Source: a virus (lineage: Duplodnaviria > Caudoviricetes). Taken from it: a stretch of DNA of 64,000 bases. Of the stretch, positions 55,665 to 64,000 are shown piece after piece. The position numbers and the translations under genes are program-made. How positions within the stretch are numbered: position 1 is the first letter of the stretch; every line of letters begins with the position of its first letter. Below the pieces are notes generated by a model. The model saw only the letters and a list, made by a program, of their open reading frames with translations, made no database searches and was not told where the DNA came from. The stretch spans positions 1,462 through 65,461 of IMG/VR virus record IMGVR_UViG_3300045996_004591. One strand, written 5' to 3'.

Positions 55665-56057
55665 ATGACCATCGTACAGATCAAGGGCGCCGCGCCCGAT
55701 CGCTATCGCGCCTATGCCCAGGCCACTATGACCCGCAAGCCCAGCGTGGAAGACCACTTGGCGCTCTCCAAGAAGGGCAAGAAGTTTGCTCCAGGCGCTC
55801 GGGTCAGGTATGCCGTCGAGCAAGTCGCGGCCGAAGGCGAGCTGGCGGGCGGGGCGCTGAAGTTGTCCCCCGGGCCCGACACCGTGATCACCAAGGTGGT
55901 GTTCTATCGCGGCCCGGTCGAATCCGAGGTGGTGGTCGGCTCGCTCGATGTTGGAGCCCCCGGGGATATCGCCATCGACTTCGAACTGGTGGCCGAGCCC
56001 GAAGCCGCCGAGGCCGTGCAAGGCGAGGTCTCGGAAGCCGACCTGGCGGGCGAATAA
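55665..56057 (+). CDS. Hypothetical protein
   Basis: AAGGAG SD. Confidence 0.6.
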   Translation: MTIVQIKGAAPDRYRAYAQATMTRKPSVEDHLALSKKGKKFAPGARVRYAVEQVAAEGELAGGALKLSPGPDTVITKVVFYRGPVESEVVVGSLDVGAPGDIAIDFELVAEPEAAEAVQGEVSEADLAGE

Positions 56058-56528
56058 ATGTCGGCAGCCGGCATGCGCGCGCTGCTCGAGGCGGGCGACG
56101 TCGAGGCGTTGCGCTCGGCTTGGGCGCAGCTGGCCCCACATCTGCCACGGCACACCCGGGCCCAGGCGGAAATCGTGATGCACCACGCGCGCACCCAATG
56201 CGAGGCAGTCACGCTGCCCAAGCGGGCCTACTCGCACCGCTGGCTAATCGAGCGGGATCTTCCGTCCGGGCTACCAGACAAGCTCAAGCCGAGCGCCGAA
56301 CGACTGTATCCCAAGGTGGTTACGGCCGTGGGGATCGGCAGCATCTGCTCCAAGGGCAGGGAATGGATGCAGCCCGCGTTGGGGCTGATTCGCGGCGCGA
56401 TGGAGCAGGCGGTGCAGGAGTGCTACGCCGAGGGCCACACCGATCCTGGGTTTGTCAGCGCCCGCATGGCCGAGGCGAGAGGCCGCGAGCAAAAGCACCT
56501 GTTCGGATCGCTGATCGGAGGCCGGTAA
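56058..56528 (+). CDS. Hypothetical protein
   Basis: TAA-ATG coupled on both sides. Confidence 0.65.
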   Translation: MSAAGMRALLEAGDVEALRSAWAQLAPHLPRHTRAQAEIVMHHARTQCEAVTLPKRAYSHRWLIERDLPSGLPDKLKPSAERLYPKVVTAVGIGSICSKGREWMQPALGLIRGAMEQAVQECYAEGHTDPGFVSARMAEARGREQKHLFGSLIGGR

Positions 56529-58706
56529 ATGGCCTACATCGACGACGCCCCCCGGGTAGCCGAAACCACGACGACCACGGGCACGGGACCGCTCACGCTG
56601 GCCGGCGCCTACGATGCGAGCCGGCGCACCTTCGCCTCGGTGTGCTCGACCTCGGACACGGTGCCGTACTTCATCGTCGCTGATGATGACCAGTGGGAGC
56701 ACGGCAAGGGCACCTACAGCGCGGCCAATGAACTGACCCGCACCACGGTGTATGCCAGCTCGAACGCGGGCTCGGTGTGCACGCTGACGGCCGGAACCAA
56801 GGTGGTGTTCCTCGGAGATCCCGGCACGGCGCGAAGCCTGCTGTTCGCGGCGAGCAAGACGACGCCGGTATCGGCCGACCGCTTCGCGCTGATGGACAGC
56901 GCTGACTCCAATAAGCTCAAGCACGTCACGTTCGCCAATCTGGTGGCGGCGCTGGGCGCACCTCCGACCAGTGGCGGCACGGTGGACGCCAGTGGTTCGG
57001 TGACGCTCACCAACGCATCGAGCCAGGCCCACAAGCTCGCGCCGACTGCCAACGGCGACTATGTGAAGCTGCCGGACGCCACGACGATGACCGAGGGCGG
57101 CTCGCTGTTTGTGCTGGGCAACCCCACGCCGTACTGGGTCCGGGTCATCGACAGCACCAGTGTTATTCGGGGCTTCATCCCTCCAGGGTGCACGGTGTCC
57201 GTTTCGCTGGCCGACAACGGCACGGCCGCCGGGGGCTGGTCGCTCAACGGCGCCGCGCTTTTCGGAGTGACTGCGACCTACCGCAGCTCCACGCAGGGTT
57301 ATTTCAAGCGGGCGCAGTTCCATGACCTTGGCACGTCCCGCACGCTGATCGTGGTGTGCACGGGCAACGGGTCCGGGGCTGGGGCCTTCAAGGCCGTTGT
57401 GCACGACGCCAGCGATAACACCTGGGGGACGCTGACCACCATACGGACGCTGGGCAGCGGTATGTCGGAGCGCGTCAACTCCTTGCTGCTAAGCACGGAT
57501 TTCGCCCTCGTCGTGTCTAGCAATAACGGCACCGAGCTGGAAGCGGTCACGCTGTCCATCAGCGGAAAGACGATCACCGTCAATACCGCAGGAACCGCTA
57601 CGGCGGCGGGTACTGTCAGCATGATGGGGGACATCGTGCTGCTCGGCACGAGCGCTGTGTTTTCGTACCACCGATCGACCACGACGACCGCGCTGCGCGC
57701 CGTCACGATCAGCGGCACCGCAGCCACCATCGGGGCGGAGGTCGCGACGTCCACGTCAGCCGCCACCCCGGATTGGCACAACGCCGCCCACCTGTACGCG
57801 GTCACATCGTCCATCGTCCTCGCCATCGGCGTCGTCAGCAATTCCGCCGCCGGTTACGCAAAACCCTACACGCTCAGTGGCAGTACGTTGACCCTGGGGA
57901 CGGGCACCACCTTCGGCACCGCAACCGGAGGCCCCGCCCTGCGCACGCTGTCGATTGGTTCGCGGTGGATGGTCATGTGGTGTGAGGGCGCGGGAGGTTC
58001 AACCATGTCTGCGGCCGTCATTTCGGTATCCGGCACGACCGCGAGCCTCACCAGCGTCACGTCCGTGTTCACCGGGCTAGGCGCGGAATTCAACGTAGCG
58101 CTAGTTGTCGACGCGCAGCGCATCAGCAGCAGCAAGGTATTGGTGGTGGGCAGGAACGCGACGGTGCTGAGGACCAACTTGCTGGTGGACACAGCGGGAA
58201 CTATCTCAAAAGGAACCGAGTACGACCCCGACTTCGCTTCCCAAACGTGGACATCAGCGACCATCGTTTCTGTGACTGGCAACGATGCCCGACTGTATCT
58301 GCCGGCAGTTGCGGGGCTCGGGCTCGTCGTCACGCTGGACTGCTCTGGCACTTCCCCCGTTGCCACTTACGCCGATTACCTGACGCCTGCTGCGAATCCC
58401 GCCTACCCTTCGTACAGCAAAGAAGTGACGGCGCATCCTTCGATGCTGAAGTGCGGCCTGGGCTGGGCCTCGATCTTGTCGGCGCCCATCACGGCGGTGA
58501 GCTTGCCGATCGTGGTGGGGGCCACCGAGGCATTCGTACTGCCCACCCCGGCTCCATTCATTTTCCAGCCGTCTCGCAACGACCAGGGCGCGGGCACGTT
58601 CAACCAGACGGCTCGCATCTCCGATTACGCAGCGTGGCACTCGTTTGATCTGGGGACCAATCCACCGTGCTTCACGCTGAACAAGATCGAGGGCGCACAG
58701 CCCTAA
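56529..58706 (+). CDS. Tail fibre / receptor-binding protein
   Basis: RVAETTTTTGTG..WEHGKGTY N-terminal anchor; Thr/Ser-rich repeated beta C-terminus. Confidence 0.75.
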   Translation: MAYIDDAPRVAETTTTTGTGPLTLAGAYDASRRTFASVCSTSDTVPYFIVADDDQWEHGKGTYSAANELTRTTVYASSNAGSVCTLTAGTKVVFLGDPGTARSLLFAASKTTPVSADRFALMDSADSNKLKHVTFANLVAALGAPPTSGGTVDASGSVTLTNASSQAHKLAPTANGDYVKLPDATTMTEGGSLFVLGNPTPYWVRVIDSTSVIRGFIPPGCTVSVSLADNGTAAGGWSLNGAALFGVTATYRSSTQGYFKRAQFHDLGTSRTLIVVCTGNGSGAGAFKAVVHDASDNTWGTLTTIRTLGSGMSERVNSLLLSTDFALVVSSNNGTELEAVTLSISGKTITVNTAGTATAAGTVSMMGDIVLLGTSAVFSYHRSTTTTALRAVTISGTAATIGAEVATSTSAATPDWHNAAHLYAVTSSIVLAIGVVSNSAAGYAKPYTLSGSTLTLGTGTTFGTATGGPALRTLSIGSRWMVMWCEGAGGSTMSAAVISVSGTTASLTSVTSVFTGLGAEFNVALVVDAQRISSSKVLVVGRNATVLRTNLLVDTAGTISKGTEYDPDFASQTWTSATIVSVTGNDARLYLPAVAGLGLVVTLDCSGTSPVATYADYLTPAANPAYPSYSKEVTAHPSMLKCGLGWASILSAPITAVSLPIVVGATEAFVLPTPAPFIFQPSRNDQGAGTFNQTARISDYAAWHSFDLGTNPPCFTLNKIEGAQP

Positions 58707-58712
58707 GCGCCC

Positions 58713-61052
58713 ATGGGCTCGCTCGTTCGCACCGCCGCTGACTCGTTGGTATGGGACTGGCCGGCTGGCGTCACTGAGGTTACCGCCGAGGCTCTTGGCG
58801 GCGGCGGCGCGGGCGGCCTGGCCAGCGCCAATCCGGCGAACTGCGGCGGCGGCAAGGGCGGCAGCTACGCCAAGAAGGTCATCACAAAAGGCGTCGAGAG
58901 CTCGCTAACTCTCGACGTAGGCGCCGCTGGCGAGGCCTCCACCATCGTCCAGAACGGCAGCACTGTGCTGTCTGCGGCGGGCGGTGCGAACGTAGCGACG
59001 GACAGCCCCACAGGCGCGAGCGCGCTGGTTGGCTCCAACACCGGCGACCTGACCTACGCAGGCGGCAACGGCGGCAATGCGGTCGGCACGAACACCAGTT
59101 CTGGCGGCGGCGGCGGTGCGGCAGGCCCCGGCGGTGTAGGCGGCGCTGGGTCAGGTGGGACGGCCGGAACGCCTGACAACACGGTGTTCAACAATGGTGT
59201 TGATTACACCGGCACGTCGGGCGCTGGCGTTGCTGTTCGCAATGCCGGAAACAACGGCACCAGCTACGGCGCGGCGGGGTCGGGCGGGAATACCAACCAG
59301 GCCACGAACCGGACGGGCGGGACTGGAGCACAGGGCATCATCGTCCTGACATGGGACGACCCGGTATCAGACGGCGACGGCAGCGCCAGTGGCACCAGCA
59401 CGGTGACGGCGGAAGGCGTTGCCCTGCATATCGCCGAGGGCGCGGCGGGTAGTACGTCGACGGTTGAGGCGGTCGGTGTCGGGCTCAACGTCGCGGACGG
59501 ATCGGCGGCGGGGACGTCCACGGCGGCAGCGGTCGGGGAAACCACCGCGGCTGCGCCCGGCAGCGCAGCAGGCATCGGGGACGCCGAGGGTGTCGGCGAG
59601 TCCACTGCCGTATCGGCTGGCGCGGGCGCGGGCACGGGATCGGCAACGGCGGCGGGCGAATCGACGGCCGTTGCTGTCGGCGCATCCGATGGAACATCCT
59701 CGGCGCTGGCGGTTGGCGAAGCCATCGCGGTCGCTGTCGGCGCCGCGGCAGGAACATCCACCGCCGATGCTGTCGGCGAGGAAGCCGGGCCGCCCTCGGC
59801 CATCGTGCTGGACGGCTTCGGTATCGGCGCGGCCGACTGGGGCGTCGAGCCCTGGGGCGGCGGGCTGTACGCGCAGGACGCGACCAGCGCAGGCGCGGGG
59901 GCGGCGGCTGGAACATCGACGGCGGCAGCGGTAGGCGAGTCCACGGCAGGGGCTGCAGGCGCTTCAGCGGGCACCTCCACGGTCACGGCCGTAGGCGAGT
60001 CAACGGCGGCAGCAACCGGCGCAGCGGCGGGTACGTCGACGGCAGAGGCTGTCGGTGGTGCAATCTTCATCGGTGTCGGCGCGGCTTCTGGCACCGGCAC
60101 AGCAACGGCGGTCGGCGAGACTACGGCCGTCTCAGTCGGGGCGGCTGCGGGCACCTCCACCGCGAGCGCACCGGGCGCCTCCACGGCCGCCAGCGCAGGC
60201 AGCGCCGCAGGGACTTCCACGGTCACGGCTGCGGGCGAATCCACCGCCGTAGCCGCGGGCGCTTCGGACGGAACCTCGACGGCATCGGCGGTTGGCGCAT
60301 CGACCGCAGTGGCAGCGGGCGCGGCGGCCGGAACAGGAGCGGCCAGCGCGACGGGGGAATCAACCGCCGTTGCCGCAGGTGCTGCCGCAGGAACCTCCAC
60401 CGCGACGGCTGTTTCCGAGGATCTGAGCGTCAACACCGGCAACGCGGCCGGCACCTCCACGGCGCTCGCGGTCGGGGTTGCCCTGCACATCGCTGTTGGC
60501 GCGGCGAGCGGGACGTCCACCACGTCGGCCGCAGGCGAATCGACGGCGGCTGCCACGGGAGCCGCCTCTGGTACGGCAACAGCCACCGCGGCAGGCGCCG
60601 GGATTGCGATCGCTGCGGGCTCGGCCTCGGGCACATCGACTGCCACCGCGACGGGCGCGGCCACCGCATCGGGCGCCGGCGCGGCGGACGGCACCAGCAC
60701 CTGCGAAGGCTTCGGGTTCTCCGTCTTCACTGGCGCGGGCTCGAGCACGGCAACCAGCACCGTTACCGCCGTCGGTGAAGCCACGGCGGTCGCTGTTGGT
60801 TCTGCGGCAGTCACGTCCACGGCCCTGGCCTACGAGTGGCGCCAGCTGGACCAGACCCACATGGTCAGCCTGCTGCAGCTGCGCGGCGAGCTGTATCACA
60901 CCTCGGTGTTCTGCGAAGCGCACGTCACCACACGGGTGGACGCCGGCTGCCACACCTCGGTTTTCAACGAGGCCCATGCCACCACGCGTAGCGCACCTGA
61001 AGAAGTTACGGCGCGTCTGGCGGATACCGAACTGAGTTTCACCGAGCCATGA
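58713..61052 (+). CDS. Gly-rich fibre protein with 20-aa GxAxGTSTxxAxG repeats
   Basis: Glycine-rich domain followed by more than 20 tandem 20-mers. Confidence 0.75.
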   Translation: MGSLVRTAADSLVWDWPAGVTEVTAEALGGGGAGGLASANPANCGGGKGGSYAKKVITKGVESSLTLDVGAAGEASTIVQNGSTVLSAAGGANVATDSPTGASALVGSNTGDLTYAGGNGGNAVGTNTSSGGGGGAAGPGGVGGAGSGGTAGTPDNTVFNNGVDYTGTSGAGVAVRNAGNNGTSYGAAGSGGNTNQATNRTGGTGAQGIIVLTWDDPVSDGDGSASGTSTVTAEGVALHIAEGAAGSTSTVEAVGVGLNVADGSAAGTSTAAAVGETTAAAPGSAAGIGDAEGVGESTAVSAGAGAGTGSATAAGESTAVAVGASDGTSSALAVGEAIAVAVGAAAGTSTADAVGEEAGPPSAIVLDGFGIGAADWGVEPWGGGLYAQDATSAGAGAAAGTSTAAAVGESTAGAAGASAGTSTVTAVGESTAAATGAAAGTSTAEAVGGAIFIGVGAASGTGTATAVGETTAVSVGAAAGTSTASAPGASTAASAGSAAGTSTVTAAGESTAVAAGASDGTSTASAVGASTAVAAGAAAGTGAASATGESTAVAAGAAAGTSTATAVSEDLSVNTGNAAGTSTALAVGVALHIAVGAASGTSTTSAAGESTAAATGAASGTATATAAGAGIAIAAGSASGTSTATATGAATASGAGAADGTSTCEGFGFSVFTGAGSSTATSTVTAVGEATAVAVGSAAVTSTALAYEWRQLDQTHMVSLLQLRGELYHTSVFCEAHVTTRVDAGCHTSVFNEAHATTRSAPEEVTARLADTELSFTEP

Positions 61053-61168
61053 ACCTGTTCCACAAGATTTTCATCGTGCTCGCCGTCGTGACGGCGATGT
61101 ACGCCTGCAGTTGGCTGACCGAACGGGTCGCATGCCAAACCACTGACGCAACTGGGAGCGCGCCATGA
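61049..61168 (+). CDS. Small membrane or lipoprotein-like peptide
   Basis: MNLFHKIFIVLAVVTAMYAC; ATGA overlaps on both sides. Confidence 0.5.
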   Translation: MNLFHKIFIVLAVVTAMYACSWLTERVACQTTDATGSAP

Positions 61169-61434
61169 CCGACAACACTCAACACGCCATCGACGGAACT
61201 TTGGCCGCCGTTGGCACCAAGGCAACCTACACCGGAGCAGGAGCCGCTTCGGTGAGCTGGTTTCTCTCCAGCGAGTTCGGCATCCTTGTCGGCGTCGTGA
61301 TCGGGGTGGCTGGTCTGATCGCGCAGATTTACTACAGCCGCAAGCGCGACAAGCGAGAGCAGGCGATATACGAGCTGAAGATGACGCTGCGCAGCGACAG
61401 GCATGAACTGCTGGACCAGGGGGCGGACGAGTGA
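61165..61434 (+). CDS. Holin
   Basis: GTKATYTGAG..EFGILVGVVIGVAGLIAQIYYSRKRDKR; upstream of endolysin. Confidence 0.8.
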   Translation: MTDNTQHAIDGTLAAVGTKATYTGAGAASVSWFLSSEFGILVGVVIGVAGLIAQIYYSRKRDKREQAIYELKMTLRSDRHELLDQGADE

Positions 61435-61589
61435 CTGAAAAGCTCATCAAAGGCAAGTTCATCGTCGCCGTGCTGGGCGTGCTGGTGGTGTTCGCCCTGT
61501 CGATGGCCGACAAGCTCGACTCGACGCAGGCGGGCCTGTCGCTGGTTGCCATCGTCACGGCGTTCCTGCACTTTGAGGACAAGCCGTGA
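61431..61589 (+). CDS. Small two-TM protein (antiholin-like?)
   Basis: 52 aa; GTGA overlaps on both sides. Confidence 0.55.
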   Translation: MTEKLIKGKFIVAVLGVLVVFALSMADKLDSTQAGLSLVAIVTAFLHFEDKP

Positions 61590-62092
61590 ATCCGCGCATT
61601 GTCGTTGCCGCGCTGTCGCTGTCGGCGACTGCGTTCATCGGCATTGCCGTGAGCGAAAACTACACCGAGACGGCGGTTATTCCGACGAAAAACGATAGGC
61701 CCACGGTCGGCCTGGGGTCGACGTTCAACGCTGACGGTACGCCCGTGAAGATGGGTGACAAGACTACCCCGGTGCGCGCGATCGTTCTGGCCGGCGCGCA
61801 CATTGCCAAGGAAGAGGCCAAATGCCGCGATTCGCTGCCGGACGTGAAACTGCATCAGGCTGAATACGACATCTACTGCGGCGACTGGACCTACCAGTAC
61901 GGCTCTGGCGCGTGGTCAAAATCCTCGATGCGCCGCGAACTGCTGGCGGGTAATTACCGGGCCGCGTGCGATGCGCTGCTGCTGTACCGATTCTCGGGCG
62001 GATACGACTGCTCGACACCCGGCAACAAGCGCTGTGCCGGCGTGTGGACGCGGCAACTCAAGAGACATGCGGCCTGCATGGCGGCGCAATGA
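61586..62092 (+). CDS. SAR endolysin, GH24 lysozyme
   Basis: Hydrophobic N-terminus then E..D..T (SENY..NDRPTVGLGST); ACDALL; GVWTRQ. Confidence 0.9.
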   Translation: MNPRIVVAALSLSATAFIGIAVSENYTETAVIPTKNDRPTVGLGSTFNADGTPVKMGDKTTPVRAIVLAGAHIAKEEAKCRDSLPDVKLHQAEYDIYCGDWTYQYGSGAWSKSSMRRELLAGNYRAACDALLLYRFSGGYDCSTPGNKRCAGVWTRQLKRHAACMAAQ

Positions 62093-62268
62093 CCGGCCCC
62101 GCCCGCATGATCCCCGTGGTTCGCCTCATAGACGATCTCGCCCGGCAAGAGCTGAGGCTGAAGCTGGCTGGCGCTTTCGCTGAAGCCAACGGCATCCGGG
62201 ACGCCATCGTTCGCATCCTTCGCCTGGCCGATGAGGGCGACACGAGCATTGACCAAGGGGAAGACTGA
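62089..62268 (+). CDS. Hypothetical protein
   Basis: Coupled between endolysin and Rz. Confidence 0.5.
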   Translation: MTGPARMIPVVRLIDDLARQELRLKLAGAFAEANGIRDAIVRILRLADEGDTSIDQGED

Positions 62269-62672
62269 TGTACGTCTACGTCGCCATCGCCATCATTGCC
62301 GCGCTGTCGGCCGCCACCGGCACGTGGAAGGTGCAGGAGTGGCGCTACGGCGCCAAGGAAGCCCAGCGCTTGGAGCAAGCCCGCGAGGACCGGGCCATGC
62401 GCGAGAAGACCATCGACCACGCCGCGGTCGGCCATGAGAAGGACAGGGGTGCGCTGCGCACCGAGTTCATCACCATCACCCAGGAGGTGGAACGTGTTAT
62501 CGAAAAGCCTTTCTATGTTGCTTCTGAGCTGTGCCTTGATGGCGACGGGCTGCGCGAGCTCAACGCCGCCCGCACTCCTGCCGCCCTTGCAAGCCAGCCT
62601 GCGCGAGCCGTGCCCGGACTTGCCCCAGGTCGCTGGTGGCAGCCGCGCCGAGAACCTGAAAAGCAGGATTGA
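62268..62672 (+). CDS. Rz: i-spanin
   Basis: N-terminal TM, WKVQEWR, coiled coil, CLDGDGL. Confidence 0.8.
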   Translation: MYVYVAIAIIAALSAATGTWKVQEWRYGAKEAQRLEQAREDRAMREKTIDHAAVGHEKDRGALRTEFITITQEVERVIEKPFYVASELCLDGDGLRELNAARTPAALASQPARAVPGLAPGRWWQPRREPEKQD

Positions 62673-62739
62673 GGACGCGCGCATGTACCGCGAGTGCCAG
62701 AGCAAGCACCGCCGGACAGTCGAAGCGTGGCCAAAATGA
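62515..62739 (+). CDS. Rz1: o-spanin lipoprotein overlapping Rz
   Basis: Lipobox ATGC, Pro-rich, PCPDLP, YRECQSKH. Confidence 0.8.
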   Translation: MLLLSCALMATGCASSTPPALLPPLQASLREPCPDLPQVAGGSRAENLKSRIEDARMYRECQSKHRRTVEAWPK

Positions 62740-62855
62740 AACCTCGCACCTCCCACCTTCGCCGCGCCTGGAATGTCTGGTGCGTGCTGCCCGAAGTCAT
62801 CCGCATGGCAACGCTGCTGATCTGCTTCGTGGCGCTGGCCTGGCTTTCGGGCTGA
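62736..62855 (+). CDS. Small one-TM peptide
   Basis: ATGA overlap; MKPRTSHLRRAW...LLICFVALAWLSG. Confidence 0.45.
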   Translation: MKPRTSHLRRAWNVWCVLPEVIRMATLLICFVALAWLSG

Positions 62856-62898
62856 CCCCCCCGCAGGGTTTCACGTCGCAGCCCCGCGCGCGCAGAGT
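62856..62898 (+). promoter_or_regulatory. Degenerate late promoter 5 (CCCCCCCGCAGGG + CAGAGT)
   Basis: Same spacing to the -10-like hexamer. Confidence 0.5.
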
Positions 62899-62938
62899 GC
62901 AGCTTCAACTTCCATCCACCACCTGAAGGAGTTTCCTC

Positions 62939-63250
62939 ATGGCCATCACCTCCCGCTCACGCTTCTCTACCGCCATCGCCTGCGGCCTGATCGTCGCGGC
63001 CAGCATCGTGAGCACGTCCACCACAGCAATCACCACGGGCGCCGCCAACACGATCATCGCCATCAGCGACGCGTGGCGCTGGGTGACCGACCTGGTGCTG
63101 GCGCCCTTCAAGGTCGCCGCGGCCGCCGTGGTGAAGAACCTGCCGGGCCCGGCGCTGGCGCTGATCGCGGCCAAGCAGTACCTGACACGACAGGTCAAGC
63201 GCGAGAAGCCCCAGCTCTCGCCCTCCTGGCGGATGTGCCCATCCGCTTAA
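62939..63250 (+). CDS. Hypothetical exported or membrane protein
   Basis: AAGGAG SD; hydrophobic N-terminus. Confidence 0.65.
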   Translation: MAITSRSRFSTAIACGLIVAASIVSTSTTAITTGAANTIIAISDAWRWVTDLVLAPFKVAAAAVVKNLPGPALALIAAKQYLTRQVKREKPQLSPSWRMCPSA

Positions 63251-63297
63251 CCGAGTCTCCGGGCGGGGGTGTTCATCGAGCTTTGCCCCCGTCTTTC

Positions 63298-63334
63298 AAG
63301 CCCTCCGCGCTTCACGGCCCGGGGGGCTTTTTTC
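63298..63334 (+). terminator. Terminator at end of late region
   Basis: AAGCCCTCC...GGGGGGCTT-TTTT. Confidence 0.7.
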
Positions 63335-63336
63335 AT

Positions 63337-63564
63337 TCAGGCGCGGGCGGTCCAGGTGGTGTTGCGAATGTGCCGGCCCTTGGGCTGATCGGCCATCGAG
63401 TGGCCCAGCGCGGCCAGGCGCTTCAGCACCTCGGCCTCAGTGCGCCGCGAGCGCATCGCCATCGTGAACGGCGTGCAACCCCACGACCAGTCCTCCAGCA
63501 GGTGCGCATCCTGCCAGTCATCCCACGGCTCGTTGATCATGCTGGGGCGGTAAGCGGCGAACAT
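63337..63564 (-). CDS. Hypothetical protein
   Basis: TGATG coupled. Confidence 0.5.
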   Translation of the reverse strand: MFAAYRPSMINEPWDDWQDAHLLEDWSWGCTPFTMAMRSRRTEAEVLKRLAALGHSMADQPKGRHIRNTTWTARA

Positions 63565-63827
63565 CAGCGCTTGCCCTTCAGATCGCTCGGGCTGCCAGGT
63601 GCCGGACCGCCGAGGGCGCTCGTGTCGTCCATGCGGCGCAGCTGGGCCTCTTCCGCTGGCGTCTCCGCGATCTTCAGCACGGTACGCGTGCTGGGGTCCG
63701 GGCGAATCGCGCCGTGCTTTGCGGCCTCTTCGGCCGTCATCGCCCAGTTCGACAGGTACTCCCGCGCCTTTGGCCCGGCCCACGGCTTGGGGGGCAGGTA
63801 CCACCTGAACTGCTCGACCTCTTTCAT
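63564..63827 (-). CDS. Hypothetical phage protein
   Basis: FRWYL...WAMTAEEA...RPDPSTR. Confidence 0.65.
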   Translation of the reverse strand: MKEVEQFRWYLPPKPWAGPKAREYLSNWAMTAEEAAKHGAIRPDPSTRTVLKIAETPAEEAQLRRMDDTSALGGPAPGSPSDLKGKR

Positions 63828-64000
63828 GCCGGCCGGAACTCCCCAGCCATGTCACGTACGCAGATGAGCTCGGCCTGCGCGTCGTCGGCCAGGAACTTGG
63901 CGCACAGATCCTCGCCGTCCAACACGAGCTCGACCGGCTCGGGAGGCGAGCCAATCGGGTCGATGTAGATGAAGCGGCCGGGGGTAGTCGGAGTCTGCAT
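63824..64000 (-). CDS. Hypothetical protein (58 aa, or longer beyond the edge)
   Basis: MQTPTTPGRFIYIDP...; ATGA overlap with next gene. Confidence 0.5.
   Translation of the reverse strand: MQTPTTPGRFIYIDPIGSPPEPVELVLDGEDLCAKFLADDAQAELICVRDMAGEFRPA

Larger units (their letters stand above)
1..64000. mobile_element. Temperate podovirus-type prophage or phage genome, nearly complete; att sites not visible in window
   Basis: Integrase, cI/cro, recombination, replication, terminase, portal, capsid, tail and lysis modules in canonical order; no host housekeeping genes seen. Confidence 0.95.

Noticed and set aside
59370-60830. 60-bp periodicity considered as a CRISPR or ncRNA array
   Set aside because: Repeats are degenerate at third codon positions and explained by the protein repeat
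60897-60990. HTSVFxEAHxTTR duplicated near a fibre C-terminus, considered as DGR VR/TR
   Set aside because: Short in-frame protein repeat with differences not limited to adenines; no reverse transcriptase in the window
1-64000. tRNA, rRNA, CRISPR array, IS element or att core
   Set aside because: None recognisable by eye; the integrase runs off the edge, so att sites probably lie outside the window. tRNAscan and flanking sequence would be needed

Overview
The whole window is one GC-rich temperate phage/prophage, probably infecting a Betaproteobacterium (host inferred from gene content only). It runs from the 5' end of an integrase at the left edge to small leftward genes after the lysis cassette at the right edge. 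Order: (1) leftward early operon (int, DUF4224 xis-like, J-domain protein, ASCH-like, C5 methyltransferase, KTSC, YqaJ/RecT); (2) lambda-like cI/cro switch with paired TAAAC-N5-GTTTA operators; (3) DUF1376 replication and nin-like region; (4) podovirus head/tail genes resembling F116/933W (TerS, TerL, portal, scaffold, N4-gp56-type capsid); (5) a 4424-aa polyvalent ejection-type protein (L,D-transpeptidase-like + N6 MTase + SNF2 helicase + zincin-like + LPD38-like); (6) tail fibres; (7) holin, SAR endolysin, Rz/Rz1. Most notable signals: up to four small genes overprinted in the +1 frame of the giant gene's linkers, one TnpV-like; two antisense morons whose reverse frames form ATGA-coupled bridge ORFs between 15-bp junction repeats; five late promoters with an exactly spaced CCCCCCnG box and -10 element, two feeding leaderless mini-ORFs; a structured scaffold leader; a small ORF copying a motif of a downstream virion protein; three frameshifted accessory genes. 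Family assignments come from motif recognition by eye, not database searches.
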